The translations under genes and the position numbers were made by a program. Shown here piece after piece: positions 48,548 to 57,769 of a stretch of 64,000 nt of DNA. Below the pieces are notes generated by a model. That model was given only the letters and a program-made list of their open reading frames with translations, was not told the origin of the DNA and made no database searches. The stretch is from a bacterium (GTDB lineage Bacteria > CLD3 > SB21): NCBI GenBank assembly GCA_013360215.1, contig JABWCP010000004.1, forward strand, positions 124,001 through 188,000. Direction: 5' to 3'. Positions within the stretch are counted from its first letter, which is position 1; every line of letters begins with the position of its first letter.

Positions 48548-49159
48548 ATGATTCGATGGTTTGACATAACGGTTTCACTAATTGCTATATTTTTTACCGT
48601 ACCTTTGTTTATGGTGTCATTGTGTTTATCAATGTGCTTTATTGGTTTTCCTCCGTTTTACGTATCTAAGCGTAGAGGTTATATGGGCAGGGATTTTAAT
48701 CATGTTAAAATTCGAACCATGTTACCCGGGCCACAAATCGGGCGGGTATTTTTTGAGTTAAATCGTATCAATCGTGTGGGATGGTTTTTGAGGATTAGCC
48801 ATCTTGATGAGCTACCTGATTTATTTCATATTTTAGTTGGTCAAATGAGTTTTGTCGGACCAAGGCCGCTTATGCTGCAAGCGTTAGAAGCACACAAAAC
48901 AAAAATTCGGGAAAATGTTAAACCCGGTTGGACAGGTTTAGCTCAGGTGCAACTATTGAAAAAAGGTGTTTTGAGTAAAGAGTTGCAAGAAAGGTTGGAC
49001 ATTATATACGTCGAAAAAAGAAGTTTTGTATATAATCTCAGAATAATATTTGCAACATTTAGGTATGCCGTTTTAGGCAAGAAAATCGATATTAACCCAA
49101 ACACTACAAATGCACGTATTCAATTTCAAAAAAATGGATTTAAATATCATAAAAAATAA
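48548..49159 (+). CDS. Bacterial sugar transferase (small phosphoglycosyl transferase)
   Basis: RWFD, KIRTM, LDELP, GQMSFVGPRP, KPGWTGLAQV. Confidence 0.88.
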   Translation: MIRWFDITVSLIAIFFTVPLFMVSLCLSMCFIGFPPFYVSKRRGYMGRDFNHVKIRTMLPGPQIGRVFFELNRINRVGWFLRISHLDELPDLFHILVGQMSFVGPRPLMLQALEAHKTKIRENVKPGWTGLAQVQLLKKGVLSKELQERLDIIYVEKRSFVYNLRIIFATFRYAVLGKKIDINPNTTNARIQFQKNGFKYHKK

Positions 49160-49847
49160 TGTTTCCTCGAAAAATTATTTAATTCTACTCGTGCTTGTAT
49201 CCTGCCAGCATCCCGGGGTTTTATTTGACCAACCGATGCCGGTTCAAGCGAGTGCGAAATTTAGTTTTCCGGATGCATTACTTGGGCGGTGGTCTGCTTT
49301 TTTGCCGGATACCGCATATAATCCCGGTCCTCCGATGCGTGTAGTGCATTCAACAACAAATCTGGTCATTTCATCAAAACTCATGTACACGCAAGCGCAA
49401 ACAATTTCCGAAGGTCCGATTATTTTTTTAGATACTGTAGACGGAGGGAAATATAAGAATAGAAAATTGCTAGATGAGGAATTGAAAAGCATCGGTGGAA
49501 AAATGGATTTTTTACAAGACCGCTTTCGTTTTTTTACAGAGTTAAACGATACATTATTTGTCATAGATACGATCAATCATTTGCGCAAATCCGATCATTA
49601 TTGGGTACTCAATCGTAGAGATGCCCATCATAAAGCTTGGATATTGGGTTGGATGTACCTTCGCAATGATACTTTAGATTTTATGTATCCGACGCGTGCC
49701 GATAGCTTAAAAATCACCAAACATGTGAGTTCAAACAATGTTCGTATTCGCAATGACGGGTTTATAGAGCTACATGTATCCGATAGTGTATTCAAACAAC
49801 TTCTTGATTTGGATTGGAATAATCGAAAATTCTATGTACGGCAGTAG
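49134..49847 (+). CDS. Hypothetical lipoprotein
   Basis: Lipobox VLVS|C; start codon uncertain. Confidence 0.5.
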   Translation: MDLNIIKNNVSSKNYLILLVLVSCQHPGVLFDQPMPVQASAKFSFPDALLGRWSAFLPDTAYNPGPPMRVVHSTTNLVISSKLMYTQAQTISEGPIIFLDTVDGGKYKNRKLLDEELKSIGGKMDFLQDRFRFFTELNDTLFVIDTINHLRKSDHYWVLNRRDAHHKAWILGWMYLRNDTLDFMYPTRADSLKITKHVSSNNVRIRNDGFIELHVSDSVFKQLLDLDWNNRKFYVRQ

Positions 49848-49907
49848 GATAAACTCCTTCTTCATAATCCCATTGTAGCTTAACGAATATCCGCTATATT
49901 TCTTCAT

Positions 49908-51476
49908 ATGATAAAATTATTTTATAACGGAAAAATATATACTGGCGAAAAGAGTCAGCCTTTCTGTGAAGCCATTGTTGTCAGCGGCGGAACGATCGTC
50001 GCAACCGGTACGAACGAAGAGATGCGTTCGGCTTTTCCTTTTGCACAGCGCATTTCATTGGACGGAAAGCCGGTTTTACCTGCCTTTACTGACAGCCATA
50101 CTCATTTTTTGTCACACTGTTTACAACAAGCACAAATTGATTTGAGTGGTTTGACATCGGTCGAAGCCTGTCTGAATGTCATACGGCAAAAAGTAGCGAC
50201 CACCCCGGAGGGAGCTTGGATCAAGGGCAAGGGTTGGAATCAAAATCTATGGTCACCTGCACACTATCCGACAAAAGAACAACTCGATAGTATTACCCGT
50301 CAGCATCCCATCGCACTAGATGCCCGCGACTTTCATTCGCTGTGGGTCAATTCGCTTGCTCTAGCCCAAGCTGGTATCAACGAACAGACAGTGTTTAGTG
50401 GTGCCGGAGAAATATGTAAAAATGAAAACGGGCAGCTTACCGGTATTATCAAAGAAGATGCGCGCACATTGGTATGGAAGATCATGCCGGAAGATACGGC
50501 CGCGCAACGAGCAGAGGTATTGCGCAATTCGCAAACATTGGCATATAAAAACGGTTTAGCCGGTGTGCATTGCATGGAAACCATGCCTGATTTTGAAGCC
50601 TACCAATCTTTGCATCGGGACAGAGCGCTTCAGCTACGCGTTTGTTTTTATCTTCCAATACGATATCTCGATACGATGGTCGAATCCAAAATCAAAAGCG
50701 GGTTCGGTGATGCCTATTTCCGGTTTGGTGGGATGAAAATTTTCATGGACGGCACACTGGGATCACAGACTGCACATATGTTGGAGCCTTTTGAGAATTC
50801 GGAAAATTATGGAACTGAAATCACGACGCAGGATGCGCTCGACGCATACGTTTTAAGAGCAGCTGAATATGACATAGCCTGCGCGATTCATGCCATCGGA
50901 GACAGAGCGAATCGCAAGGTGTTGAATGCATTTGAAAAAACGCAGGGGCTGTTCCCGGATAAAAAATTAAGGCAACGGATCGAACATGCTCAAATCATTC
51001 ATCCTGATGATATACAACGTTTCGCTCGGAGTGGAACTATTGCTTCGATGCAGGCCATACACATACCTGAAGATATTGATGCGGCCAACCGGTATTGGGG
51101 CGCCCGTGCTCGATGGGTATATCCTTTTCGTAGTTTGCTCCAAAGCGGTGCAACGATTGCCTTGGGCTCTGATGTACCGATCGAAACGTGCAATGTATTC
51201 GAAGGTATGACAGCCGCTTTATGCCGAACTCGCAGGACTTCCGATGAGGTGTGGTACCCGGAAGAACGCATGACGCGTGAAGAAATTATTTATGCCTATA
51301 CCGTAGGAGCCGCATTGGCCAGCGGGGAAGAGCATATAAAAGGTACGTTATCACCCGGTAAACTGGCTGATTTTATGGTGCTGTCGCAAGATATTTTTTC
51401 CGTACAGCCCGAGAAAATTGCCGGCACCAAAGTACAATCTATGGTGATCGGTGGTAACGTCGTATATGAAAGTTGA
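49908..51476 (+). CDS. Amidohydrolase family 3 (YtcJ-like)
   Basis: PAFTDSHTH, KIFMDGTLGS, HAIGDRA, RIEHAQ, GSDVP, GKLADF. Confidence 0.9.
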   Translation: MIKLFYNGKIYTGEKSQPFCEAIVVSGGTIVATGTNEEMRSAFPFAQRISLDGKPVLPAFTDSHTHFLSHCLQQAQIDLSGLTSVEACLNVIRQKVATTPEGAWIKGKGWNQNLWSPAHYPTKEQLDSITRQHPIALDARDFHSLWVNSLALAQAGINEQTVFSGAGEICKNENGQLTGIIKEDARTLVWKIMPEDTAAQRAEVLRNSQTLAYKNGLAGVHCMETMPDFEAYQSLHRDRALQLRVCFYLPIRYLDTMVESKIKSGFGDAYFRFGGMKIFMDGTLGSQTAHMLEPFENSENYGTEITTQDALDAYVLRAAEYDIACAIHAIGDRANRKVLNAFEKTQGLFPDKKLRQRIEHAQIIHPDDIQRFARSGTIASMQAIHIPEDIDAANRYWGARARWVYPFRSLLQSGATIALGSDVPIETCNVFEGMTAALCRTRRTSDEVWYPEERMTREEIIYAYTVGAALASGEEHIKGTLSPGKLADFMVLSQDIFSVQPEKIAGTKVQSMVIGGNVVYES

Positions 51477-51485
51477 TTTCTTGAT

Positions 51486-52250
51486 ATGATACATCCTACA
51501 GCTCTGGTTTCCGAATCGTTAGATACATCCATACAAGTCGGCGCGTATTCGATCATTGATGATGGCTCACAAATCGGAAAGCATACCATAATTCATAATC
51601 ATGTACGTGTTACATCATTTACGGAGATTGGTCAGGGTGTAGTAATTCATCAGGGTGCGGCACTTGGTGGTGATCCCCAAGACCTTAAATTCGGTGGGGA
51701 GTATTCAACGGTAGAAATCGGTGATGAAACCGTGATTCGCGAGTATGTAACGATTAACCGCGGAACCGGTGCGAACGGAAAAACAAAAATCGGTTCACAT
51801 TCGTTGATTATGGCGTATGCGCATGTTGCGCATGATTGCACGATCGGCGATCATGTTATTATTTCAAATGCCGTAAACATGGCAGGGCACGTACATATCG
51901 AAGATTATGCGGGTATCGGCGGGATGGTACCCATACATCAGTTTTGTCGTATCGGTCGTTATGCGTTTGTCGGCGGGGGATTTCGGGTCAATCAGGACGT
52001 TCCGCCCTATGTGTTGGCTGCCGGGGAACCGTTACGTTTTTCCGGTTTAAACTATGTCGGATTACGACGCAACGGTTTTTCTGAAGAACGAATTAAAGTC
52101 ATAGATAAAGCTTACTTTATCTTATATCGCCAAGGCCTGACACGTCGTGATGCGTTAAAAAAAATACACGATGAATTTGACACTAATCCGGATGTACTAA
52201 ACATCATACAATTTGTAGAGACATGCGAGCGAGGATTGATAAAACCTTAG
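51486..52250 (+). CDS. lpxA: Acyl-ACP--UDP-GlcNAc O-acyltransferase
   Basis: IHPTA, hexapeptide repeats, PQDLKF, IREYVTINRGT, AHVAHDC, QDVPPY, GLNYVGLRR. Confidence 0.93.
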   Translation: MIHPTALVSESLDTSIQVGAYSIIDDGSQIGKHTIIHNHVRVTSFTEIGQGVVIHQGAALGGDPQDLKFGGEYSTVEIGDETVIREYVTINRGTGANGKTKIGSHSLIMAYAHVAHDCTIGDHVIISNAVNMAGHVHIEDYAGIGGMVPIHQFCRIGRYAFVGGGFRVNQDVPPYVLAAGEPLRFSGLNYVGLRRNGFSEERIKVIDKAYFILYRQGLTRRDALKKIHDEFDTNPDVLNIIQFVETCERGLIKP

Positions 52251-52498
52251 GGATGTCATATAAGGTTGTTAAATCAATTGATTATTTTCTAAATTTGTTT
52301 AGATTAAATCGGTTTTAGGGAAAACTGATTTTTAGGGAAATTGGGGTTGAGGGAAAATATATGGGGTTTTTAATAAGCATCGTCGTTGCCTTTCGTTCAA
52401 TCACAAAAACGGTTTTAATTCCAAAGATAATATATTGTACCAAGATACATTATCGAATTTTTCTATTCACGTACGTAATTAGATAAACAGAGGTGTCT

Positions 52499-53449
52499 AT
52501 GAACCGAACATCGATTCTTTTAGTAATCATTGGTGTGCTCCTATTGCAATCCTGCGCAACGGTAGGGCCGCCAACAACCAGAACCATTAAAACAAAACCT
52601 GCGGTGGTTGCGGTTGAGTCTACAGTACCTGTGCGATCGCTAAAACGCAAAGTTGCTATAGCGCGTTTTTCCAACGAAACAAAATATGGGCAGGGTTTCT
52701 TTTATGATCCGACCAACGACCGTCTCGGAAAACAGGCAATGGATATACTTTCTTCTAAGCTCACGGCAACTGAGAAATTTATCATGCTCGAACGCGTTGA
52801 TTTGGATTATCTGAGCAAAGAAAAACAGATGAATAATCTCACTCAACTAAACATCCCTGCTGATTATTTGATTCTGGGTTCTGTCACCGAGTTTGGTCGC
52901 AAGAACACGAGTGATGTTGGTGTGTTTAGCCGCACTAAGAAACAGGCGGCGTACGCTAAAGTATCCATCCGATTAGTTGATGTGTCAACTGGCCAGATTG
53001 TATATTCAGAAGAAGGTGAAGGTGAAGCCTTTTCAGAAAGTCAGACGACTATGGGTGTGGGCAATACGGCAGACTATGATGCGACTCTGAATGACAAAGT
53101 TATATCAGCCGCGATATCCAAACTCGTTAACCGCATAGTAGAAAATCTTACCGATAAACCTTGGCGTTCGTATATCTTGTCCTACGAAAAAGGAAGTTAT
53201 TTTATTTCCGGAGGCGAAATGCAAGGTATTCGAGTCAATGATACCTTCACTGTATTTCAGCGCGGAAGTAAAGTTAATAATCCACAAACAGGAATCATGA
53301 TCGAATTACCGGGAAAACCGGTGGGCCAACTCAAAGTTGTATCGTTAATCAAAGGAGATATTACTACAGAGCTTGCTATTTGTCAAAAAGTTGATGGTGA
53401 AATCCCTGAGTCCGAATTTAAAGATTATTATTTACAAGAAAACCAATAA
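52499..53449 (+). CDS. CsgG/HfaB-family lipoprotein with FlgT-C-like C-terminal domain
   Basis: Lipobox LLQS|C; KVAIARFSNET, ADYLILGSVTEFG, IRLVDVSTGQIVYS; C-terminal GG..QGIRVNDTFTVF...PQTG...VGQLKV. Confidence 0.8.
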   Translation: MNRTSILLVIIGVLLLQSCATVGPPTTRTIKTKPAVVAVESTVPVRSLKRKVAIARFSNETKYGQGFFYDPTNDRLGKQAMDILSSKLTATEKFIMLERVDLDYLSKEKQMNNLTQLNIPADYLILGSVTEFGRKNTSDVGVFSRTKKQAAYAKVSIRLVDVSTGQIVYSEEGEGEAFSESQTTMGVGNTADYDATLNDKVISAAISKLVNRIVENLTDKPWRSYILSYEKGSYFISGGEMQGIRVNDTFTVFQRGSKVNNPQTGIMIELPGKPVGQLKVVSLIKGDITTELAICQKVDGEIPESEFKDYYLQENQ

Positions 53450-53457
53450 GGAATCCC

Positions 53458-53748
53458 ATGAGATCTATCATCGCGTGCGCCATAGTTCTTTTAGTTGTGT
53501 CCTGCGGAGGATACAATGAGGGAGTGGTGCTTAAAGCCGAACATGCCTATCTCGTTTTTAAAGGTGATACAACGGCCGTAACCGTATCTGTGGACGGCGG
53601 TACAGCGTTCGCACTTGATGCTGAAACTCAGCGTTATCAGATTAAACCCGGAAAACACGAAGTAAAAATATACAGAAACGGGAACCTTGTTCTTACCAAA
53701 ACAGTGATCCTCGATAATCAAATAACAATGGAGATTGAAATACCATGA
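53458..53748 (+). CDS. Small PEGA-like lipoprotein
   Basis: Lipobox VVS|C; VSVDG...IKPGKHEVKI. Confidence 0.55.
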   Translation: MRSIIACAIVLLVVSCGGYNEGVVLKAEHAYLVFKGDTTAVTVSVDGGTAFALDAETQRYQIKPGKHEVKIYRNGNLVLTKTVILDNQITMEIEIP

Positions 53749-54107
53749 AGAAATTAAGTATTCTGATCATTACTGTTTTGATGTTTACAGTCGGTTGTAC
53801 ACCTACACGCACGACCATATTTTATTGGGGCAATTATTCATCGGCTCTTTACAAATACAAAAAAACACCGGACGAATCCACACGTGCGGCCTATAAATCG
53901 GCACTGAAGGAAATTCTTGATAATGCCAAGAAAAAATTCAAAAAAATTCCGCCAGGAGTTCATGCGGAATACGGGTACGTTTTAGCTCAAGAAGGTGATA
54001 TAGTGGGAGGACAGGAGTATTTTGGTAAGGAATTGCAGTTATACCCTGAGTCGAAAGAATTTGTCGCCAAATTGCAACAAGAAATCAGTCGAGGAAATCA
54101 ACAATGA
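53745..54107 (+). CDS. DUF4810-like lipoprotein
   Basis: Lipobox TVG|C; YWGNY, PPGVHAEYG, ELQLYPES. Confidence 0.8.
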   Translation: MKKLSILIITVLMFTVGCTPTRTTIFYWGNYSSALYKYKKTPDESTRAAYKSALKEILDNAKKKFKKIPPGVHAEYGYVLAQEGDIVGGQEYFGKELQLYPESKEFVAKLQQEISRGNQQ

Positions 54108-54835
54108 AAAAATATATTACCATTGGATCATTATGCATACTTATGATGAGCTGTGCACCAATGATCAAAAAACAAGAATTTGCGCCCAAAATGTATGTGG
54201 AACATCCGGTCACTATTTTGGTTTTGCCTCCGATCAATAAATCAACCGCGGCTGATGCTAAAGAATATTATACGACAACGGTTGCTGAGCCGCTGACCAA
54301 TAGCGGCTATTATGTGTACCCGCTGGAAGTCGTAAATGATATTCTTAAACAAGAAGGTCTATTTGAAACAGAATCTTATGCTCATATTCCGCCGCAGAAA
54401 TTTAAGGATTTTTTTAATGCGGATGCCGTACTATATGTTACCATTTTGCAATGGAATACGAGCTATTATGTTACCGGTGGAAATGTAAGTGTAAAGGTTG
54501 CATGTGAATTAAAGTCCACAAAGACCGGAGAGGTTCTTTGGTTTTACGATGATGTCGTAGTGGTAAACACGAGTGGCGACAGTGGTGGAAACGGAGGATT
54601 AGCCGGGTTTCTCATTCAAGCAGCGACTACAGCCATCAAAACGGCAACACAAGATTATGTCCCCCTGGCTAAAGAAGTCAACCAGAAAATTTTTCTAGCT
54701 ATGCCGTATGGTAAATACCATCCGCAATTCAATAAAGATGGTCAGATGGAGGTTGTCAAAAAAGGTAACGTTAAAAGTCCAACCTCACGACCGGTAAAAT
54801 CTACCGGATCCAAAAGCACTACGAAAGCAAAATAA
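54104..54835 (+). CDS. DUF799/GNA1162-like lipoprotein
   Basis: Lipobox MMS|C; ILVLPPINKS, PL..SGYYVYP, FNADAVLYVTI, TGEVLW, PYGKYHP. Confidence 0.82.
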   Translation: MKKYITIGSLCILMMSCAPMIKKQEFAPKMYVEHPVTILVLPPINKSTAADAKEYYTTTVAEPLTNSGYYVYPLEVVNDILKQEGLFETESYAHIPPQKFKDFFNADAVLYVTILQWNTSYYVTGGNVSVKVACELKSTKTGEVLWFYDDVVVVNTSGDSGGNGGLAGFLIQAATTAIKTATQDYVPLAKEVNQKIFLAMPYGKYHPQFNKDGQMEVVKKGNVKSPTSRPVKSTGSKSTTKAK

Positions 54836-54852
54836 TTGTTTTGATCATTTGT

Positions 54853-54881
54853 AAAAGGGGTGATTAATCACCCCTTTTTTT
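54853..54881. terminator. Bidirectional intrinsic terminator
   Basis: Perfect palindrome AAAAGGGGTGATTAATCACCCCTTTT between convergent genes. Confidence 0.88.
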
Positions 54882-54886
54882 ATTTT

Positions 54887-55093
54887 TTATGCTTTCTCTA
54901 TCGTAAAACCAGCTTGTCTTACCTTTTCAAAAATCATTTCCTCATTCGGTTCAGAGCCCTCTACAGTCAAAAATCGTTCCTGTGATTGGAGATCCACATG
55001 CCATTTTTCGATCGTTTTTTCACTGTCAAGATGCGGCGTTACCGTCGCGACGCATCCCCCGCATTTGATATTGGTTTTAAATTTAAAAGTCAT
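54887..55093 (-). CDS. copZ: HMA-domain copper chaperone (CopZ-like)
   Basis: FKTNIKCGGC; AAGGA RBS; directly downstream of copA. Confidence 0.75.
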   Translation of the reverse strand: MTFKFKTNIKCGGCVATVTPHLDSEKTIEKWHVDLQSQERFLTVEGSEPNEEMIFEKVRQAGFTIEKA

Positions 55094-55127
55094 GATGTGT
55101 TCCTTTAATAGTAATTTAATATAAAAC

Positions 55128-57614
55128 TTATCGCTTAGCCGCGAGGCGCAAGCTATTGGTAACAACAGATATGGAACTGAACGCCATCGCAGCGCCGGCG
55201 ATCATCGGATTGAGTGTAAATCCAAAAAATGGAAACATCAAACCGGCGGCGATGGGAATACCGATGATATTATAAATAAAAGCCCAAAAAAGATTTTGTT
55301 TGATCGTAATCACGGTTGATTTAGATATTTGCATTGCTGCGGCAATATGCTTCAAATCCGAATTCATGAGTGTTATCTTGGCCGTATCCATCGCAATATC
55401 ACTCCCGCGGGCCATCGCTAAACTCACATCCGCCAAAGCCAAAGCTTCCGCATCGTTGATGCCGTCACCGACCATGGCGACCACTTTTCCTTGAGCTTGT
55501 AATGACTTAATATATTGACCTTTCTCATGTGGCATTACACCGGACCGAACTGTACTTATACCGGCTTGTTTGGCTATATATTCTGCACTGATACCATGAT
55601 CACCGGTGAGCATGTGCACTTCTATCCCCAAACGGTGAAGTTCGGTTACGGCCGCTGCGCTCGAGGGTTTTATCGTGTCGGCGATGGCGATCACAGCTAA
55701 AACTGATTTTTCGTCAAAAAAATAAACCACCGTTTGCGCTTTATTAATCATGTTTTGTGCTGATATCTGAATCGTATCAATAAAGGGAACATGCAGTTCA
55801 TTGACCCACGCCTCGCTGCCTACATAATATCGGTGGTCGTTGACCGAAGCCGACACACCGCGACCGGGTGTATTTTGGAAATCGGTGATGATGGGGTTAT
55901 CGTTAGATTCCATTTTCAAGTGACGGACAACCGCGCCGGCCAAAGGATGATCCGAGCGTGACTCCATAGCAAACAAGATAGAGGTGAAGGTATCCTTATT
56001 TGTTTCAGGTGACCAAACTATATCCGTAACCTTAGGTTTTCCTTCGGTGATCGTGCCTGTTTTATCTAAAACAACAGTATCAACACGATGGGCTATTTCT
56101 AAACTTTGTGCATCGCGTATCAAAATCCCGTGAGAAGCAGCTTTACCGATGCCAACCATTATTGCTGTCGGTGTAGCTAATCCGAGAGCACAAGGGCACG
56201 CAATGATCAATACTGTAACGACGGCAAGCATAGCACGTGTCAGAGCAGGTTCCGGTCCCAACACATACCAGAGCATACCGCTCATCAGCGCGATCCCGAT
56301 TACCACTGGAACAAAAACAGCCGCAATACGATCTGCTGTTTTTTGAATAGGCGCTTTACTTCCTTGCGCTTCCTGTACGGCCCTGATTATTTGCGACAGC
56401 AGAGTTGCTCGACCGACTTTTTCAGCTTGGATCGTCAAACTTCCGTTTTGGTTGATCGTTCCTGCAAAAACTTTCGAAGAAGATTTCTTTTCGACAGCGA
56501 TCGGTTCGCCGCTGATCATGCTTTCGTCAACAAATGAATTTCCGTCTGTAACCATACCATCCACGGCGATTTTTTCACCGGGTCGTATAATCACTAGTTC
56601 TCCGATCTGAACATCACGAACTGGAATTTCTAATGTATTTCCATCCCGCAGAACACGAACTGTTTTGGGCTGTAAACCCATAAGTTTTTTGATAGCGCTA
56701 GTGGTTTTGTTTTTAGCACCTTCTTCGAGCCATCGGCCAAGTAATATTAAGGCGATGATGACAACGGCGGCTTCATAATATACATCGGCGTGCAAACCTT
56801 GCTGATGAAAAACATGAGGAAAGAGAGTATTAAAAAGAGAAAAAACAAAAGCTACGCCGGTACTGAGAGCTACCAAAGTATCCATATTGGCAGTACCATG
56901 ACGCGCTTGTTTGAACGCATTGATATAAAAATCACGACCAGCCCAAAACAAAACCGGAGCTGATAAGATCAAACTGATCCAGTTTCCCCAAGTCCATGTA
57001 TTGTGAAAAAACATCCCTATGGTAAAAACAGGTAATGACAACAGAATGGCTACAAGCATTCGGAGACGAAGTTCATTATAACGCTTTTTTTCAGCTACTT
57101 CGATTTGATCGGCATCGTTTTCCATATCCCCGCTGATATCGTATCCGATCTGTTGCAGCACTTTTTTCATTTCAGCGACATTTATACGATCGGAAGCGTA
57201 TTCGACAAATACCGTTTTGGCAGCAAAATTTACCTGCGCATTAAAGATACCTTCTTGGGAAAGCAACATAGATTCGACACTAGCCGCACATGCTGCGCAC
57301 GTCATGCCCTGCACGCCTAAAGTTTTTTTAGTGTAGTTAACACCATATCCGAGATCTGTTATTTTTCGGATAATCGTATGGATCGAAACAATGTCGTTAT
57401 AGAAACAAATTATGAGACGGTGATTTGCAAAATCGACATCCGCTTTCTGCACACCATTGAGCTTACGCAGTTCATTTTCGATAATACCGGCACAATGCGA
57501 GCTATGCATTCCCGATAACGATAATTCATGCGTGATGGATTCAGATGTTTTGGATTTCGCAGCTGCAGGTTGTAAAACCTGAAGTTGCAGAGATTTTGGA
57601 GAGGAGCTATTCAT
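55128..57614 (-). CDS. copA: Copper-translocating P1B-type ATPase
   Basis: GMTCAAC HMA domain, CPCALGLATP, DKTGT, SDHPLA, GDGINDA, YN and MAFSS. Confidence 0.95.
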   Translation of the reverse strand: MNSSSPKSLQLQVLQPAAAKSKTSESITHELSLSGMHSSHCAGIIENELRKLNGVQKADVDFANHRLIICFYNDIVSIHTIIRKITDLGYGVNYTKKTLGVQGMTCAACAASVESMLLSQEGIFNAQVNFAAKTVFVEYASDRINVAEMKKVLQQIGYDISGDMENDADQIEVAEKKRYNELRLRMLVAILLSLPVFTIGMFFHNTWTWGNWISLILSAPVLFWAGRDFYINAFKQARHGTANMDTLVALSTGVAFVFSLFNTLFPHVFHQQGLHADVYYEAAVVIIALILLGRWLEEGAKNKTTSAIKKLMGLQPKTVRVLRDGNTLEIPVRDVQIGELVIIRPGEKIAVDGMVTDGNSFVDESMISGEPIAVEKKSSSKVFAGTINQNGSLTIQAEKVGRATLLSQIIRAVQEAQGSKAPIQKTADRIAAVFVPVVIGIALMSGMLWYVLGPEPALTRAMLAVVTVLIIACPCALGLATPTAIMVGIGKAASHGILIRDAQSLEIAHRVDTVVLDKTGTITEGKPKVTDIVWSPETNKDTFTSILFAMESRSDHPLAGAVVRHLKMESNDNPIITDFQNTPGRGVSASVNDHRYYVGSEAWVNELHVPFIDTIQISAQNMINKAQTVVYFFDEKSVLAVIAIADTIKPSSAAAVTELHRLGIEVHMLTGDHGISAEYIAKQAGISTVRSGVMPHEKGQYIKSLQAQGKVVAMVGDGINDAEALALADVSLAMARGSDIAMDTAKITLMNSDLKHIAAAMQISKSTVITIKQNLFWAFIYNIIGIPIAAGLMFPFFGFTLNPMIAGAAMAFSSISVVTNSLRLAAKR

Positions 57615-57674
57615 TTTTAAATACCGGTTGAATAAAATAATCTGCCATAATATACGGCGGTGATAAAAAAAACC

Positions 57675-57710
57675 GTTATATCTGAATGGAAATTTGTTAT
57701 ATCTAATTGG
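57675..57710 (-). promoter_or_regulatory. Tandem direct repeat with 21-bp period upstream of copA; candidate activator site
   Basis: GTTATATCTGAATGG at 57675 and GTTATATCTAATTGG at 57696. Confidence 0.55.
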
Positions 57711-57769
57711 CTACAAAAAATAGGCAAAACTCAATCGGAGGGAATTCGAAGAGCTACTACAATATTAAA

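Noticed and set aside
52499-54835. Curli biogenesis locus
   Set aside because: No csgA/csgB repeat proteins or csgE/csgF; the neighbours are DUF4810- and DUF799-like.
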